Shown: positions 60,624-64,000 of the stretch, in pieces | How the letters are laid out: the number at the start of each line of letters is the position of its first letter | How positions within the stretch are numbered: the first letter of the stretch is position 1 | Virus record (IMG/VR): IMGVR_UViG_3300028735_000004 | Location: 32,001 to 96,000 of that record | DNA from: a virus | Taxonomy: Duplodnaviria; Caudoviricetes | DNA length: 64,000 nt | Reading direction: 5' to 3' (one strand) | Translations under genes and position numbers: made by a program | The notes under the pieces: model-generated | Database searches by the model: none | What the model was told of the DNA's origin: nothing | Seen by the model: only the letters and a program-made list of their open reading frames with translations

Positions 60624-62213
60624 TTATTGGTTAAACTGAGGATCTGTATAATATTTTTGAACTATTTTATATATTTCGGCGGCTTTTTTCTCAAAACTTT
60701 TAAGTGCATCATTTACGCTTAATCTATTTACATTTGTTGCAGAAATTAAAGAAGTATATCTTTTAAAAGCATCGTCATCAATTAATCCTAATAAAACGCT
60801 TAAGTCAGAACCCCATAAAGCAGCTTGTATTACGAAAATATCAATTAATCCAAGACCACTAAACTCTCCCAAAAGCATTTCTATTTCTTGAAAAGCATTT
60901 ATTCCATCAAGACCAATTTTATTGCGTTTTTTAACAAGTTTATCTAATTGATCGGCGTAAAAATCATCAATATTATGAGTTTCTCCAAGAATTATATCAT
61001 CTATATTAGCAAAAGAAAATTTACCTAAATCGTTATTTTTTCTGCCAATTTTTAACTGAATGTCAGCCAAAATCTTCTTGTTTTTTAATTCTGCAATATT
61101 TTTTTCAATTTCTTTATTTCTGACAGTATCTCCATAATCAACATCATTTAAAGTTAAACCATATTCTGGACCAAATTTATTATTCGGTATTGGTTGAAAA
61201 TTAATTTTAATATTAGTATTATTAATAATATGTATATTTGAAATTAACGATTTAACCAATGCTCTAATTATATTTAAGAATTTTTTTAATATAATAAGAT
61301 CTGCTTTGTTTAAATCTTGTAATAAAACAGCTCTAATAGTTTCCTTTTCATCATCCAATGTTGAACTGTTTTGAGTAATTGCATTTAACGCATCATCAAT
61401 TACTTTATCCAAATTGTCAGTTGTTTCATCTTTAAAACTTGAATTATAATATTTAGTTTTAATTACCTTTTCAATGTATGGACGCCTAAGGATATCTGCT
61501 TCGCTTATCATAGCATCATTTTTAGATAAAAATGGCTTACAAATTAAATTTTTTAATGGAACTACTGTAAAATCAATTTTTGGATTAACGATAAATGGTT
61601 TAATAATATGTTTTGCTTTAAAATCCACTGTAATTTCACTTGACTTATCTTGAAATACTGATGTTTTAATAAAATTTTTGCTGGATACATTAAATAATTG
61701 GGCGCTAAATGCCTGAGGATCATTTAATTCAAGTATTTGATCTGAAAAATCTCTTACATAAATATTTGCCAAATTTAACGCCACTGCATTAATATCTTGT
61801 TTAGAAAAAATTTGAGAATATTTTTTATATATATCTTCTCTATCATTTAATAACTTAATAACATTTTTGTTTAAATTTCCCGCTATCTTAATATGTTTTT
61901 CGTATTTATCATTATCTAAATTAACATTTTTATCAAATCCTGGACTATAAAAATTATTATCTTTATCTACTATTGGAAATCCTATCATTCTGTAAAAAGC
62001 ATTACATCTGCTTTCTTGATAATCTGGAGAATACCTATCTCCGGCTCTTATTTCATCTATATTGTTAATGGTTAATGATCCAGATATATCATTTATATTT
62101 CTATGGCTTCTATAATTATCAATTTCAGACACTATTGTAGTAAATAAATTTTTTATATTTATATTTACAACATCCTGATCTTGATAATTAATTTTTTTAT
62201 CATTATTAACCAT
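60624..62213 (-). CDS. Hypothetical protein in the baseplate region
   Basis: 529 aa ORF coupled to its upstream gene. Confidence 0.7.
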   Translation of the reverse strand: MVNNDKKINYQDQDVVNINIKNLFTTIVSEIDNYRSHRNINDISGSLTINNIDEIRAGDRYSPDYQESRCNAFYRMIGFPIVDKDNNFYSPGFDKNVNLDNDKYEKHIKIAGNLNKNVIKLLNDREDIYKKYSQIFSKQDINAVALNLANIYVRDFSDQILELNDPQAFSAQLFNVSSKNFIKTSVFQDKSSEITVDFKAKHIIKPFIVNPKIDFTVVPLKNLICKPFLSKNDAMISEADILRRPYIEKVIKTKYYNSSFKDETTDNLDKVIDDALNAITQNSSTLDDEKETIRAVLLQDLNKADLIILKKFLNIIRALVKSLISNIHIINNTNIKINFQPIPNNKFGPEYGLTLNDVDYGDTVRNKEIEKNIAELKNKKILADIQLKIGRKNNDLGKFSFANIDDIILGETHNIDDFYADQLDKLVKKRNKIGLDGINAFQEIEMLLGEFSGLGLIDIFVIQAALWGSDLSVLLGLIDDDAFKRYTSLISATNVNRLSVNDALKSFEKKAAEIYKIVQKYYTDPQFNQ

Positions 62214-64000
62214 TAACTACCTGCATCCAAAGCAACATCACCCTCATCTCTTCTAACCGCAGCATCAGGTACAGAAGTAAGAACGAATGTATATAATAAT
62301 TCTTTAATAGACACTGATGGTAATTCGTTTATATTTGAAGGATTATTAAAAATACTAATATAGTTATTATTAAATGAAACTTTTATATTACCATTACCTG
62401 GTTCTGAACTGGTAATATTGGCTATAAAAGCACCATATCCATCATAAGCAAAATTTGATATCTCGCCTAAAGTAATATCTGCCTTTAATTTTTCCGCTAA
62501 TTGAGATGCGATACTTGAAGGTAATTTATTAATTAAAGTTGCACCATTATTATCTGCCAAAACAACTGATACTTGAATTGGAAGGGATGTAAATTGAATT
62601 GACGGATCTAATTCAAAATTACTTTTATAAGGGTTATATGCGTTTAATATAATGTCTAAAGCCGCTTGCTCTGTATCTTGTTGTAATTTACCTAAACAAT
62701 CTGTAATATCGGTTTGAAGCTTATCTGCAGTTTCGAGAGAGATATTTTCTCTAAAATTGTTAATAGCATTTAATACACATTGATTTGCTGCATCTATGTC
62801 GGGCAGCGGAATATTTTTAATAGCATTAAAATCTACATTTGAGAAAATAGTTGAATTTATTAAATTTTTATTCTGACTTACTTCTGGGATACATCCTGAA
62901 GTTATAAGTGATTCACCAATTAATACATAATGATTAATTTTAAACGAATACTCTACATCAGAGAATAAAATACCATCATTTACTAATGTTGGACTGGCTG
63001 AAATATTGTCTGGTAAATGAATTAATGTATTTAATGTTGCTTGATAACCGTCTGATGGAAGAACTTTCATTACCGTAGTTCCATCGTCCTCAAATACTAA
63101 ACCGCCTTCTAAAGAAACAGTTCCGTTATAGGGTGCAATTAAATTATTTTTATAATCTTTAACGCCATCTGTGGGTGGAGCTACCATTATGCAATTTTTA
63201 ATTCTTAAATATCTTGGTCCTAATAAATCTACTCTTCCAAATACAACTGGATCATAAAACACTCTAATATCAACAGTATATGGGGCTTGATCTGGCGGTG
63301 TATCTTTGCTGTAAAATTTAGTTAAAGGAAAGAAAATCTTTTGCTTTTCTAAATCTTGAGGATCGGTAATATTATTAAATTGCATCAATCCAGTTAATGC
63401 CGGATCATATAATTGCCAACTTTCATTTCGTAAAGAATTATAAATTGGTGGGAAGCCTGGAGGTAATGATAATCCTGAATCTACTCCAACTCTACTAAAA
63501 TATTGAAGAAATCCTGCCGAACCAACAATCTCTTTATTATTTTTAATAAAAGCAGGACAAACATCTGGGGTACAACAACCATCCGAAGAACTATCGCTGC
63601 AAGGAGGTAAGCTAAAATTAGCTAATCTTAAAGCATTGATTATTTGAAACAGTATTGCTACAACTCCTAATACTGCAAATAAATTTTGAAATAAACATAG
63701 TAAATCACCAATTTTTTTAGTAATTGCGAAAATACTATCATTATCTAATCTTTGAACTGCTTTACTTAAAATATCGATGTTTTGTTTGATTAAAAGAATA
63801 ATTGTTAATAATCTATCTAAAATATATGTTAATAATAACAATATTAATAATAAAATAGATAAAATCATTATTGGTAATGCAAATAATGGAAATAAAGCCA
63901 AAAATTCTGGCAAACAAACTCTAAAAAGTTTAGTTATTGCACTGGCTATTTTAAAAGGATTTGGTATGCTACAAACAACTTCAATTAAACATAATATTAA
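62213..64000 (-). CDS. Putative structural protein with hydrophobic helices, a Cys cluster and a C-terminal Ig-like domain (5' partial)
   Basis: The frame stays open to the window end (LIICLIEVVCSIPNPFKIASAITKLFRVCLPEF). Two DGY motifs. Confidence 0.75.
   Translation of the reverse strand, partial: LILCLIEVVCSIPNPFKIASAITKLFRVCLPEFLALFPLFALPIMILSILLLILLLLTYILDRLLTIILLIKQNIDILSKAVQRLDNDSIFAITKKIGDLLCLFQNLFAVLGVVAILFQIINALRLANFSLPPCSDSSSDGCCTPDVCPAFIKNNKEIVGSAGFLQYFSRVGVDSGLSLPPGFPPIYNSLRNESWQLYDPALTGLMQFNNITDPQDLEKQKIFFPLTKFYSKDTPPDQAPYTVDIRVFYDPVVFGRVDLLGPRYLRIKNCIMVAPPTDGVKDYKNNLIAPYNGTVSLEGGLVFEDDGTTVMKVLPSDGYQATLNTLIHLPDNISASPTLVNDGILFSDVEYSFKINHYVLIGESLITSGCIPEVSQNKNLINSTIFSNVDFNAIKNIPLPDIDAANQCVLNAINNFRENISLETADKLQTDITDCLGKLQQDTEQAALDIILNAYNPYKSNFELDPSIQFTSLPIQVSVVLADNNGATLINKLPSSIASQLAEKLKADITLGEISNFAYDGYGAFIANITSSEPGNGNIKVSFNNNYISIFNNPSNINELPSVSIKELLYTFVLTSVPDAAVRRDEGDVALDAGS

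Noticed and set aside
9411-63913. DGY as a DNA-level repeat or restriction/methylation site
   Set aside because: Synonymous codons vary at Asp and Gly, the motif is always in frame, and flanking DNA is unrelated.
1-64000. CRISPR array, tRNA, tmRNA or rRNA genes
   Set aside because: Intergenic gaps are short. No regularly spaced repeats, cloverleaf T-loop motifs or known RNA signatures were seen by eye.
1-64000. Eukaryotic giant virus (NCLDV) origin, suggested by tubulin, PSI-like and glycosylation genes
   Set aside because: Shine-Dalgarno sites, coupled operons, sigma factor, sigma-70 promoter, DnaB/DnaC and contractile-tail baseplate genes indicate a bacteriophage.

Overview
Strongly AT-rich, gene-dense 64 kb fragment of a jumbo ('huge') contractile-tailed bacteriophage. 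Evidence: baseplate-J and gp25-like genes, tail fibres, PhoH, class II RNR, DnaB with loader, its own sigma factor, Shine-Dalgarno sites and no cellular housekeeping genes. Almost all genes lie on the minus strand. Layout: nucleotide metabolism (IMPDH/GMPR with intein, thyA, folA; 1-3.3 kb); accessory island (methyltransferase, DUF1365-like, PSI-like lipoprotein, macrodomain-like, FAD oxidoreductase; 3.3-9 kb); tail-fibre cluster (9-16.2 kb); map, PIN-PhoH with a class 3 intein, NrdJ with an HNH intein, sigma factor (17-25.4 kb); replication helicases (27-32 kb); putative lysin, GIY-YIG endonuclease and a tubulin/PhuZ-like GTPase (32-35.8 kb); sugar-modification cluster (RmlB-like, 2 GT2, GT4, methyltransferase; 36.7-43.2 kb); very large Ig-, LamG- and dockerin-decorated baseplate proteins (43.2-64 kb). 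The most striking unexplained signal is the tripeptide Asp-Gly-Tyr (DGY). By manual count it occurs 33 times in ten predicted virion proteins, with varied codons, and not once in the non-structural proteins. This suggests a virion-wide modification or docking motif, possibly served by the adjacent glycosylation and methylation genes. All family assignments come from motif recognition by eye, with no database searches. No tRNA or CRISPR array was seen.
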